From contig CAVVEU010000040.1 in NCBI GenBank assembly GCA_963747235.1, positions 32,001 through 96,000 of the forward strand: a DNA stretch of 64,000 bases. Direction: 5' to 3'. The position numbers and the translations under genes were made by a program. Position 1 is the stretch's first letter, and every line of letters begins with the position of its first letter. Source of the DNA: an uncultured Candidatus Rokubacteria bacterium. Lineage in GTDB: Bacteria; Methylomirabilota; Methylomirabilia; Rokubacteriales; CSP1-6. The notes under the pieces were generated by a model that was not told the origin of the DNA, did no database searches, and saw only the letters and a program-made list of their open reading frames with translations. Positions 19,540 to 28,124 of the stretch are shown in pieces.

Positions 19540-20322
19540 CTACCGGCGGAGCACCCGGCGCATGCCCCGGTCCACCAGCCCCGGCGCGAGGACGCTCATC
19601 ACCGCCAGGATGCGCACCGGCCAGTAGGGATAGACCTCCGGGCGGGGCCGACGCACGCAGCGGAGGATCGACCGGGCCACGCGCTCGGCCGACTGCACCG
19701 GGCCCATGGGCCGCCACCGCACCTTCTGGACCTCGGTCTCCGAGAACTCGGTCCCGGTGGTGCGGATGGGGTACACGAGCGTCACCGCGATCCCCGTCCC
19801 GGTCAGCTCCACCCGGAGCGCCTCGCTCAGCGCGCCCAGGGCGAACTTGGTCGCGCTGTAGGCCGAGCGGTAGGGCACCGCGCGGCGCCCGACGACGGAC
19901 GAGATGTTGACGACGTGGCCGCTCCCCTGCCGCCGCATGATGGGCAGCGCCGCCTGGGTGGCGCCGAGCACCGCGACCACGTTCAGCTCCATCAGGTCGC
20001 GCAGCTCCTCGGCGGTGGTCTGCTCGAGCGTGGCCGCGAACCCCCGCCCTGCGTTGTTGACCAGCACGTCGAGCCGCCCCCAGCGCGCGGCGACCTCGTC
20101 CACCATGGCGCGCATCGCGAGGGCATCCGTCACGTCCACCGCGTGCACGGTGACCTCGCTCCCTCGCGCGGTCAACTCGGCCGCGAGCTGCTCCAGGCGA
20201 TCCTTGCGGCGCGCGCAGAGCGCCACGCGCAGCCCCGCGCCCGCGAAGACCCGCGCGGTGGCCGCCCCGATGCCCGATGATGCCCCCGTGACGAGCGCGA
20301 CGCGCCCGCGGGGGTCACCCAC
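19540..20322 (-). CDS. Short-chain dehydrogenase/reductase
   Basis: VTGASSGIG, LVNNAG, ISSVVG, YSATK. Confidence 0.92.
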   Translation of the reverse strand: MGDPRGRVALVTGASSGIGAATARVFAGAGLRVALCARRKDRLEQLAAELTARGSEVTVHAVDVTDALAMRAMVDEVAARWGRLDVLVNNAGRGFAATLEQTTAEELRDLMELNVVAVLGATQAALPIMRRQGSGHVVNISSVVGRRAVPYRSAYSATKFALGALSEALRVELTGTGIAVTLVYPIRTTGTEFSETEVQKVRWRPMGPVQSAERVARSILRCVRRPRPEVYPYWPVRILAVMSVLAPGLVDRGMRRVLRR

Positions 20323-20725
20323 GGCGGGAGCGGCCGAGCATGCAGGAGATCTGGTAGCGGTGGCGCGCCACCCACGCGTAGACGCGCGGCGCGAGCAGCT
20401 CCACGCCGGGCAAGCGGAAGGCCTGCGCCAGCCAGCGCCAGCCACGCAGACGCCGGAGGATCTCGGGGATCGCGGCGTCGCCCGCGAGCACGCGGCCGTC
20501 CGGCAGGATGAGCTGCATGGCCTGCAGGCAGGTGCCCTCGCCCATCCACGGGTAGCGCGCGCGTCGCTCGGCCGCCTGACAGGGCAAGAACTCGAAGTGC
20601 CCCGCCACCGCCCGCCGCGAGAGCCACGCCACCCCACCGCGGCAGAGGCCGCAGGTGCCGTCGTAGATGAGGACGGCCCGCGCGCGGGAAGCCGGGGCCT
20701 GGGGGACTTCCAGCTTGGAGGTCAT
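20315..20725 (-). CDS. DCC/DUF393 thiol-disulfide oxidoreductase family protein
   Basis: IYDGTCGLC (DxxCxLC), YAWVARHRY. Confidence 0.88.
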   Translation of the reverse strand: MTSKLEVPQAPASRARAVLIYDGTCGLCRGGVAWLSRRAVAGHFEFLPCQAAERRARYPWMGEGTCLQAMQLILPDGRVLAGDAAIPEILRRLRGWRWLAQAFRLPGVELLAPRVYAWVARHRYQISCMLGRSRRG

Positions 20726-20752
20726 CGGCCGCTATTGTACGCCCGCCGCGCG

Positions 20753-21967
20753 TCAGCGGTAGGCGCAGGGCGGCACGTTCGTTTTCCAGGCTCCTTGCGT
20801 GAGGTGCTCGCCGTGCGGGAAGAGGCGGAGCTGCTCGGCGGGCAGCACGGCCCTCATGCGACGGCCTCGCAGGGTCAGGAAGAAGCCCGCCCGCCCCGCG
20901 TCCACGCCGAGACGGCGGAGGTCCTGCGCGTCGCGTGGCAGCGTGCGCCGGCGCTCGGTGACGAGGCGACGCGCCGCGGTAGGCCCGATGCCGGGCACGC
21001 GCAGCAGGAGCTCGTAGGGCGCGCGCTCCAGCGCCACCGGGAACTGCTCGGCGTGGGCCAGGGCCCAGGCCGTCTTCGGATCGTGGTCGAGCGCCAGGTT
21101 GCCGTCGCCGCCGAACACGAGCTCCTCCGCCCGGAAGCCGTACTGTCGCAGCAGGTGCTCGGCCTGGTAGAGCCGCCATTCACGCGCGGCCGGCGTGGGC
21201 GGGAGCCCTTCCATCGGCGTCCCGGCCACCGGCTGGAAGGCGCTGAAGTGAGCATGATGGAGGAGGCCGCGCCGCTCGAGACCCCCCACCACGTTCAGGA
21301 TCTCGCGGTCCTGCTCGCCCTGGGCGCCCACCACGAACTGCGTCGTGGTGCCCGCCGCTGCGATGCCCGCCCGCCCCTCGAGCCGCGCCTCGCGGGAGAG
21401 ACGGCCGGCCAGCATCAGGTTCGGGAGCAGGTCACCCGAGTAGTTCTTCTCCCTGGCCAGGCCACGGACCACCGTGTCGTTGGGCCCCTCCAGATTCACC
21501 GAGACGCGCGTGGCCAGGCGGGTGGCCTGCACGACCTGCTCCTGCTCGGCCCCGGGCAGCAGCTTGATGTGGATGTAGCCGGCGAAGCCTTCGCGCTTCC
21601 TCAGGACCTCGATCGCGGCCAGCATGCGGTCCACCGCGCGTGGGGCGCGGCCCGGTACGCCGGAGGTGAGGAACAGGCCCTGTGCCACCCCCGCACGATG
21701 CGACTCCATGAACGTGCGCGCGACCTCCTCGGGCGACAGCGCGGTCCGCTTCACGCGCCCGCCGCAGAAGGTCGGGCAGTAGCCGCAGGAGAGCGAGCAG
21801 GCATTGGTCTGCATCACCCGCATCAGCGTCGTGGACCCGCCCCCGGGGAGGCGCACCGGACGGATCCCGACCGGGCCTTCGTTCAGGCGCGGCCGGCCGG
21901 GCAGGCCGGTCTCCTTGTCGTCCGAGGCCGCCTCCGAGAGGATCGCCAGGCGCTGTCGTCGGTCCAT
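20753..21967 (-). CDS. Putative DNA modification/repair radical SAM protein with HhH motif
   Basis: TNACSLSCGYC, GLFLTSGV, YIHIKLLPG, SVNLE, TQFVVG, FSAFQP, RLYQAEHLLRQYGF, LLRVPGIG. Confidence 0.92.
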   Translation of the reverse strand: MDRRQRLAILSEAASDDKETGLPGRPRLNEGPVGIRPVRLPGGGSTTLMRVMQTNACSLSCGYCPTFCGGRVKRTALSPEEVARTFMESHRAGVAQGLFLTSGVPGRAPRAVDRMLAAIEVLRKREGFAGYIHIKLLPGAEQEQVVQATRLATRVSVNLEGPNDTVVRGLAREKNYSGDLLPNLMLAGRLSREARLEGRAGIAAAGTTTQFVVGAQGEQDREILNVVGGLERRGLLHHAHFSAFQPVAGTPMEGLPPTPAAREWRLYQAEHLLRQYGFRAEELVFGGDGNLALDHDPKTAWALAHAEQFPVALERAPYELLLRVPGIGPTAARRLVTERRRTLPRDAQDLRRLGVDAGRAGFFLTLRGRRMRAVLPAEQLRLFPHGEHLTQGAWKTNVPPCAYR

Positions 21968-21972
21968 GGCAG

Positions 21973-21992
21973 ATACTAAACACACGACGAGT
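21973..21992. promoter_or_regulatory. Candidate operator copy 2 over the radical SAM -10 box
   Basis: ATACTAAACACACGACGAGT; lies within the GATACT-N12-AGTATC inverted repeat 21972-21995. Confidence 0.6.
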
Positions 21993-22021
21993 ATCAAAGC
22001 AAGTGCGGTAGAATCGCCACC

Positions 22022-22558
22022 GTGACCCGATCAGGAGTGCTCGCGGCTTTGCTGGTCCTCGCAGTCACCGCTTGCGTTCGGGTCCCCGGCCAGGACGTGC
22101 CGGACGTCCGGACGCCACTCGTGGTGGTCAACGAGATGCTGAGGCTGGCCGAGGTAACTGCGGGCGACGTGGTCTATGACCTGGGGTCGGGCGACGGCCG
22201 CATCCTGATCGCGGCGGCGCGGGATCGAGGGGCGCGCGGCGTTGGGCTGGAGATCGATCCGGCACTGGTCGCCCAGAGCACCGAGCGCGCGCGGCGGCTC
22301 GGGCTGGCCGACAAGCTGACCTTCCGCCAGCAGGACCTCTTCGAGGCCGATCTCACGCCGGCCACGGTGGTGACCCTCTACCTGTCGCCCGACCTCAACC
22401 GCCGGCTACGCCCGAAGCTGCTGCGCGAGCTGCGACCGGGGGCGCGGATCGTATCGCACAGCTTCGACATGGGGGACTGGGCGCCGACACGGACACTGCA
22501 GGTGTCGAGCAACGAGGGGAGCCACACGTTGTACCTGTGGGTGGTGCCGGGGAAGTAG
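22022..22558 (+). CDS. Class I SAM-dependent methyltransferase, lipoprotein-like N-terminus
   Basis: VYDLGSGDGRI, GLEID, TVVTLYL, RIVSHSF. Confidence 0.9.
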   Translation: MTRSGVLAALLVLAVTACVRVPGQDVPDVRTPLVVVNEMLRLAEVTAGDVVYDLGSGDGRILIAAARDRGARGVGLEIDPALVAQSTERARRLGLADKLTFRQQDLFEADLTPATVVTLYLSPDLNRRLRPKLLRELRPGARIVSHSFDMGDWAPTRTLQVSSNEGSHTLYLWVVPGK

Positions 22559-22562
22559 CGGA

Positions 22563-22600
22563 CCCCCCTCACCCTACCCTCTCCCCAGCGGGGAGAGGGT
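22563..22600. repeat. REP-like palindrome between convergent genes
   Basis: cccctcaccctaccctctcccc-agc-ggggagagggt. Confidence 0.88.
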
Positions 22601-22619
22601 AAAGAGGAGGAAGGGCGCT

Positions 22620-23975
22620 TCAGATACCCGTGACGGCCTTGATCGAGTCGCGGGTGACCGAGACGAGGCGGTCCACCTGCTCCTCGCTGACGATCAGCGG
22701 CGGGGCGAAGAAGATGTGCTCGAGGCGGGCGCGCGTGATCACGCCGCGCTTGGTCATCTCGGCCAGCACGCGCGGGCCGACCTTCTTGTCGGCGCCGAAC
22801 GGCGCCTTCGTCCCGCGGTCCTCCACCAGCTCGACGGCGGCCAGCAGGCCCTTGCCGCCCCGGATGTCGCCCACGTGCTTGTGGTCGCCGAGCGCCTGCT
22901 GCAGGCCCTTGTGGAGCCGCGTGCCCATGGCCGCCGCGCGCTCCCAGAGCCGCTCGCGCTCCATGATCTCGAGGTTCTTGAGGCCCACCGCGCAGCAGGT
23001 GGGATGCCCCGAGTAGGTGTAGGCGTGCATCCACTTGTCTTCCGGCTTCACCTCGTCCATGGCTTGCTTGATCGCCTTCGAGACCATGATGCCGCCGAGC
23101 GGGAGGTACCCGGAGGAAATGCCCTTCGCGAAGGAGACCATATCCGGGAGCACGTTCCAGTGCTCGAGCGCGAACCACTTGCCGGTCCGACAGAAACCGG
23201 TGATGACCTCGTCGGCGATGAAGAGCACGTTGTGCTTGTCGCAGACCTTGCGCACCAGCGGGAAGTAGTCGTCGGTCGGGTAGAGCACCCCGCCGCCACC
23301 GTGAATCGGCTCGGCGATGAAGGCGGCCACCGTGTCCGCCCCTTCCCGGACGATCGCCTCCTCGAGCAGGCGCGCGGCGGTCTGCCCCGCGGTCTCGCCC
23401 GGCTTGGAGCCCTCCTGACGGTACGGATAACACGTTGGAATATGCACGAAGCCCGGCACGCGCGGCTCGAACATCTTCCAGTAGGCCGCCATGCCGGTGG
23501 CGCTCATCGCCTGCAGGGTCACGCCGTGATAGGCGAGGCTGCGCGCGATGATCTTCACCTTGTCGGGCTTGCCCTTGGTCTTCCAGTAGAAGCGCGCGGT
23601 CTTGAACGCGGACTCGTTGGACTCGGCGCCGCCCGAGGTGAAGAACACGCCCTGCATGTTGGGATACGCGATCGTCATCAGCTTGGAGGCGAGCTGGATG
23701 GCCGGGATATTGGTCGAGCCCGAGTACGCGGAGTAGTAGGCCAGCTCGCGCATCTGCTCGGCCGCCGCGTCCGCCAGCTCGGCGCGGCCGTGGCCCACGT
23801 TCACGTTCCAGAGCCCGGCGAGGCCGTCGATGTACTCGCGGCCCTGCACGTCGGTCAGCACGGCGCCGCGGCCGCGCACGTAGACCATCGGCTCCAGATG
23901 ATCGCTCGGGTGATGCAGCGGGTGGATCAGATGGTCCTGGTCGTCCTTGATGAGCTGCGCTGCCTCGAGCGGCAT
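22620..23975 (-). CDS. Class III PLP aminotransferase (putrescine/omega-amino acid type)
   Basis: YIDGLAGLWNVNVGHGR, TSGGAESNE, AYHG, FIADEVITGFCRTG, SFAKG, HAYTYSGHP. Confidence 0.93.
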   Translation of the reverse strand: MPLEAAQLIKDDQDHLIHPLHHPSDHLEPMVYVRGRGAVLTDVQGREYIDGLAGLWNVNVGHGRAELADAAAEQMRELAYYSAYSGSTNIPAIQLASKLMTIAYPNMQGVFFTSGGAESNESAFKTARFYWKTKGKPDKVKIIARSLAYHGVTLQAMSATGMAAYWKMFEPRVPGFVHIPTCYPYRQEGSKPGETAGQTAARLLEEAIVREGADTVAAFIAEPIHGGGGVLYPTDDYFPLVRKVCDKHNVLFIADEVITGFCRTGKWFALEHWNVLPDMVSFAKGISSGYLPLGGIMVSKAIKQAMDEVKPEDKWMHAYTYSGHPTCCAVGLKNLEIMERERLWERAAAMGTRLHKGLQQALGDHKHVGDIRGGKGLLAAVELVEDRGTKAPFGADKKVGPRVLAEMTKRGVITRARLEHIFFAPPLIVSEEQVDRLVSVTRDSIKAVTGI

Positions 23976-23985
23976 CGGGCGCCTC

Positions 23986-24415
23986 CTACAGGCTCTGGTG
24001 ATAGATGGACGTCGCGGGCGCGTGCGCCCGGTAGTCACCACCCGGAATGGGCACGCCCCGATCGAGCGGACCGATGTACCAGTAGATGGAGGCGGCCAGC
24101 TCGCGGCCGGCCTCGCTCCGGACGGTGACTACCCGGCGATGATACTGGGGTCCCTCCGCCGAGTCCAGCGCCGCCCACAGCGCCGGATCCACGACCCGGT
24201 AGACCTCGCCGTGGATCGCGACCTCGGGATCGGGCACCGCGCCCGGATACGAGCCGAGATCGACGATCCGTGCCCGCACCTGCCCGCGTCCGACGAAGCT
24301 CGGCGCGTCCCGTGAGCAGCCGATGCAGGCGGAAACCGCGCATCAGCGTCCCGTAGGTGAAGAGGAGCGCGGGCTTACTTCCCGCGATCGCGGGACTCGG
24401 CCTCTTGCTCCTCAC
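23986..24415 (-). CDS. Gamma-glutamylcyclotransferase (AIG2-like); indel near 24299; start uncertain
   Basis: LFTYGTLMRG, DLGSYPGA, IHGEVY, LDSAEG..Y.R, GGDY. Confidence 0.85.
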
Positions 24416-24527
24416 GGGAGCATCCGGCGGGCGAGGCTCAGGTCTGGATGCCGAAGCGCGGCAGGACCCAGCGGCTGAGCGCGACCCAGCCGACCAGGAT
24501 ACCGATGACGATGAGCGCGGATTCCAT
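24375..24527 (-). CDS. Putative 50-aa membrane selenoprotein (Sec30): MESALIVIGILVGWVALSRWVLPRFGIQT-U-ASPAGCSREEQEAESRDRGK
   Basis: Single TM helix, in-frame TGA at 24438-24440, SECIS-like hairpin immediately 3', Cys six residues after U, TAA stop; adjacent to a clear selenoprotein. Confidence 0.7.
24400..24437 (-). promoter_or_regulatory. Bacterial SECIS-like hairpin of the microprotein
   Basis: GCCUC...GCUCC[CGUGA]GGAGC-AA-GAGGC; apical loop begins 21 nt after the UGA, with G at loop position 2 followed by U. Confidence 0.7.
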
Positions 24528-24533
24528 CGCCGC

Positions 24534-25190
24534 TCAGGCCTCCGGGTCCGGAGCGACCGCCTGGAGCACCGCGCCCAGGAAGTCACGCTCCGGGATCGCG
24601 CCCTCGAAGCCGACCTTGTCGTTGATGACGATCTTGGGGACGGCCATCACCTGGTAGCGCTGGGCGAGCTCGGGGAACTCGGTGGCCTCGATGCACTCCG
24701 CCCGCACCTTCGGCGACGCGATCGCCATGTGCTGCGCCAGGCGCACGGCCCGGGGGCAGTGGGGTCAGGTCGGGGTCGTGAAGACCTTGATCGTGACGTC
24801 CTCGGTGAGCCCGGCCAGCGCCGTCTTGGTCTCCTCGCTCAGGCCCGCCTCCCCGGTGGACACCGCGACGATGGAGTCGATCAGGTTGGAGAACTCGTAG
24901 CCGCCCGGCAGCCCGAGGAAGCGAATGCCGTAGTCCTGTGCCCCCTCCACCACGATCGCGGGCGACTCGCTGATCCCGTACGCGGCGGCCTGGTCCCGCT
25001 CGATGTGCGGGTTCAGCACCGCCACGGAGAGCTGGTCGGACAGCGCCGCCACCTCGCGGACCAGGGCCACCGTCTGGGCATTGTGCTCGCCGCCCAGCTC
25101 GGAGGCGAACACGGTCAGCTTCACCGGCCCGCCGAGGCGCTCGAACTCCTTCCGGACCGCGGCCTCGTCCTGTGCGGAGAGAAAGCCCAT
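24534..25190 (-). CDS. Selenocysteine-containing protein-disulfide oxidoreductase (AhpF-NTD/PDO-like two-thioredoxin fold, UxxC), 218 aa
   Basis: ORFs 24765..25190 and 24534..24746 are one frame: VFTTPT-TGA-PHCPRAV; IRFLGLPGGYEF, YQVMAVPKIVIN, FEGA. Confidence 0.93.
24732..24764 (-). promoter_or_regulatory. Bacterial SECIS-like hairpin of the oxidoreductase
   Basis: CUGC-CC-CCGGGC[CGUGC]GCCUGG-C-GCAG; apical loop begins 17 nt after the UGA. Confidence 0.7.
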
Positions 25191-25299
25191 GGCTCGGAGT
25201 ATACCGGATCGCGTCCTCGAGGCGGGGTTTCGTCTGTGGATCTCCGCCTGTTGCGCCTTCGCGATGACCGGCCGCGGGTTTGGGGGGCCTGCCGACGCG

Positions 25300-26301
25300 C
25301 TACTCGATCACCTGATCCGCCCGCTGAAGGAGCGCCGGCGGGATCGTCAGGCCGAGGGTCTTGGCGGTCTTGAGGTTGAGGACCAGCTCGAACTTGGTCG
25401 GCTGCTCTATCGGGAGATCGCCGGGCTTCGCGCCCTTCAGGATCTTGTCCACGTACTCGGCCGCTCGACGGTACACCTGAAGTCGATCCGCACCGTAAGA
25501 CAACAACCCGCCCGCCTCAGCCCATTCCCTGGACGGATACACTGCAGGAAGCCGCAACTTCGCCGAGAGGTCGGCTATCTCCCGGCGGAGGCTATACGTC
25601 AACGGATCCCCGAGTACGAGCAGGCCACCTACGCCGGCCGAGACCGCCGCGTGCAAAACGGGTGGCACCTGATCGGCGGTTCTCGCTTCGAGGACCTCCA
25701 GACGGGTACGGTCGGCTTCCGCGGCTGTCTTGATCTCTTTGAGCGCCAGCCGCGTGAAGGGCGTCTCCGGGTTCGTCAGCACCGCGATCACTTGCTTTCC
25801 TGGACTGAGCTCCTTCAAGAGCTGTAGGTGCTTGCCCCCAATCTGTGTCACGCCGCTCAGGCCCGTGACGTTTCTCCCGGGCCGGCCGAGGCTGGAGACC
25901 AGCCCGGCCCCTACCGGATCGCCGACGGTCGTGAACACGATCGGGATGGTCATGGTGGCGGCCTTCGCCGCCTGTGCCGTGAGTGTCCCGAATCCAGCTA
26001 TCAACACGTCCGGCCTGCCTCGAACCAGCTCTCTCGCCATCTGTGACAGTCGTTCTGGATGTCCTTCAGCCGATCGGTACTCGAACGCCATGTTCTTGCC
26101 CTCGCCGTACCCCAGCTCGTGGAGCCGCTCCAGCAGCGGCTGCATCGTGGTGTCCTCCCCGGGAGTGAGGGAGAGGAAGCAGATTCGGTACACCTTCCCC
26201 GCCGGCTGCGCCGCGGCGCCGAGCGGCGCGGCGGCGAGGCTGCCGGCGATGAGCACCATGAAAGCGCGTCGCGGCATCTCGGGCGAGCGGACAGAAGCCA
26301 T
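25300..26301 (-). CDS. Orphan ABC transporter substrate-binding protein (ABC_sub_bind family)
   Basis: RR-type leader, TIPIVF..VGDPVGAGLVSSLGRPGRNVTG, GGLLSYG, KPGDLPIEQPTKFELVLNLKTAK. Confidence 0.92.
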   Translation of the reverse strand: MASVRSPEMPRRAFMVLIAGSLAAAPLGAAAQPAGKVYRICFLSLTPGEDTTMQPLLERLHELGYGEGKNMAFEYRSAEGHPERLSQMARELVRGRPDVLIAGFGTLTAQAAKAATMTIPIVFTTVGDPVGAGLVSSLGRPGRNVTGLSGVTQIGGKHLQLLKELSPGKQVIAVLTNPETPFTRLALKEIKTAAEADRTRLEVLEARTADQVPPVLHAAVSAGVGGLLVLGDPLTYSLRREIADLSAKLRLPAVYPSREWAEAGGLLSYGADRLQVYRRAAEYVDKILKGAKPGDLPIEQPTKFELVLNLKTAKTLGLTIPPALLQRADQVIE

Positions 26302-26468
26302 CGGATCCCTCCTCGGAGTCTGGCCGCGAGTCTACCAGCGTCGGCAGGGTCTGGGAGGCGCGACGTGTGCTTGGCGTGGCTCGTGTGGGGGAATCGCGGG
26401 GACTCGGCCGGCACGATTGGCCGCGTTCGCCCCGGTTGGCCCCCGGGCGTGGTCCAGAGGATACCGGC

Positions 26469-28112
26469 TTACTTCGGGGCGCCGCGGACGATTTCGAGCA
26501 TCTTGCGGTACCCGGACGGATCGATGCGCGCGTCGATGAGCGTAGGGCCGGGCGCGGTCTGCGCCGCGATCAGCGCGCTCTGCAGCGTCGACTCGCTCGT
26601 GGCCGCCAGCGCGCGGATGCCGAAGGCGCGCCCGAGCGCGACGAGATCGGGCCCCGCGTAGCGCATGGACACCCCCTCGAAGCCCTTCTGCTCCTGCTTC
26701 ACCTCGATCAGCGACAGCGCCAGGTCGTTGAAGACCACGATCACGATCGGCAGGCGCAGGCGCGCCACCGTCTCGAGCTCGGAGGCCACCATCATGAGGC
26801 CGCCGTCACCGGTGAAACACACCACTCGGCGATCCGGGTACACGAGCTGCGCCGCGATGGCCGCGGGCAGCGCGAAGCCCATGGTGGCGAGCCCGTTCGA
26901 GATCAGGAGCTCCCCGGGCTCGAGCGAATGCCAGTAGGTCGTGGTCTGGAACATGTGGGCGCCCGCGTCCACCGTGGCGATGCTGCCCGCCGCGGTCAGC
27001 TCGCGCGCGATCTGGGCCACCCGGTGCGGGGCCAGCCCGGGCACCGGCACCTCGAGGGCCGCCGCGCGCTCGCGGCGGATGCGGTCCACCTCGGCCACGT
27101 CCCAGTCCGCCCGGACGTCCCGGCGCATGATGCGTGGAGCCAGGTCCTCGAGGATCGTGCCCAGATCGCCGACCACCTCGAGCGCGGGCGTGAAGTAGGC
27201 GCCACCGCCCACCGCGCGCAGGCGCGGCTCGCTCGAGGCCACCCGCGCGAGGCTCAGCACCGGCGCGGTGTAGGACCAGCGGCGTGGGATCAGCTCCACC
27301 GTGTCGAGGCCGAAGGTGATGATCAGGTCGGCGCGCCGCACCAGCGGCTCCTCCAGCGCCCCGCCTGTGAAGATCCCCATCGCCAGCGGGTGCGGATCGG
27401 GGATCGCGCCCTTGGCCTTGTAGGTGGTCAGCACCGGCGCGGGCAGCGCCTCGCAGAACGCGCGCAGCCACTTCGCGTCGGCGGGGCGGCAGCCGAGCCC
27501 CGCGATGACGAGCGGCCGCTTCGCGCCCCGGATCATCTCGGCGGCGCGCTCGACGAGGGCGTCGTCCGGCGCCGGCACCGCCGGCGGCGTCATCGCGGTG
27601 GCCACCGGCACCGCCGCCGCGCCCGCGACGTCCGCGGGCAGGTCCAGGTGCACGGGCCCGCGCGGCTCCGCGAGCGCGAGCTGCACCGCGTGGGCCACCC
27701 AGTGGCCCGCCGAGTCCGGCGTCACGGTCACGCTGCCCTTCACGATCGGGCCCAGGTGCGCCGCGTGGTCGAGGTATTGATGCGTGGCGTAGGCGAGCAC
27801 GCCCGACGGATGGCGATCGCTGATGTAGAGCAGCGGCGAGCGGTCGAGCTGCGCGTGGGCCAGGCCGGTGGCGCTCGCGGTGACGCCGGGGCCCAGCGTG
27901 GACACCACCGCGCCCGGCCGGCCGGTGAGCTCGCCGGTGACCGCGGCCATGATCGTGGCGGCCCACTCCTGATGGCAGAGCACGAACGGCAGGCCGCGGG
28001 CCCGCGCGGCTTCGAGAACCTCCAGGTTGGATCCGCCCCCCGGGACGCCGAAGAGGCGCGGGACCTCCGCCCGCAGCAGGCCCTCGACGATCAGCTCGGC
28101 GACGGTGGGCAC
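26469..28112 (-). CDS. Thiamine pyrophosphate-dependent enzyme (acetolactate synthase-like)
   Basis: FGVPGG, HQE, TLGPG, GPVHLDLP, ATMGFALP, TGDGG...ND. Confidence 0.92.
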   Translation of the reverse strand: MPTVAELIVEGLLRAEVPRLFGVPGGGSNLEVLEAARARGLPFVLCHQEWAATIMAAVTGELTGRPGAVVSTLGPGVTASATGLAHAQLDRSPLLYISDRHPSGVLAYATHQYLDHAAHLGPIVKGSVTVTPDSAGHWVAHAVQLALAEPRGPVHLDLPADVAGAAAVPVATAMTPPAVPAPDDALVERAAEMIRGAKRPLVIAGLGCRPADAKWLRAFCEALPAPVLTTYKAKGAIPDPHPLAMGIFTGGALEEPLVRRADLIITFGLDTVELIPRRWSYTAPVLSLARVASSEPRLRAVGGGAYFTPALEVVGDLGTILEDLAPRIMRRDVRADWDVAEVDRIRRERAAALEVPVPGLAPHRVAQIARELTAAGSIATVDAGAHMFQTTTYWHSLEPGELLISNGLATMGFALPAAIAAQLVYPDRRVVCFTGDGGLMMVASELETVARLRLPIVIVVFNDLALSLIEVKQEQKGFEGVSMRYAGPDLVALGRAFGIRALAATSESTLQSALIAAQTAPGPTLIDARIDPSGYRKMLEIVRGAPK

Positions 28113-28124
28113 CGAGCGAACCGG

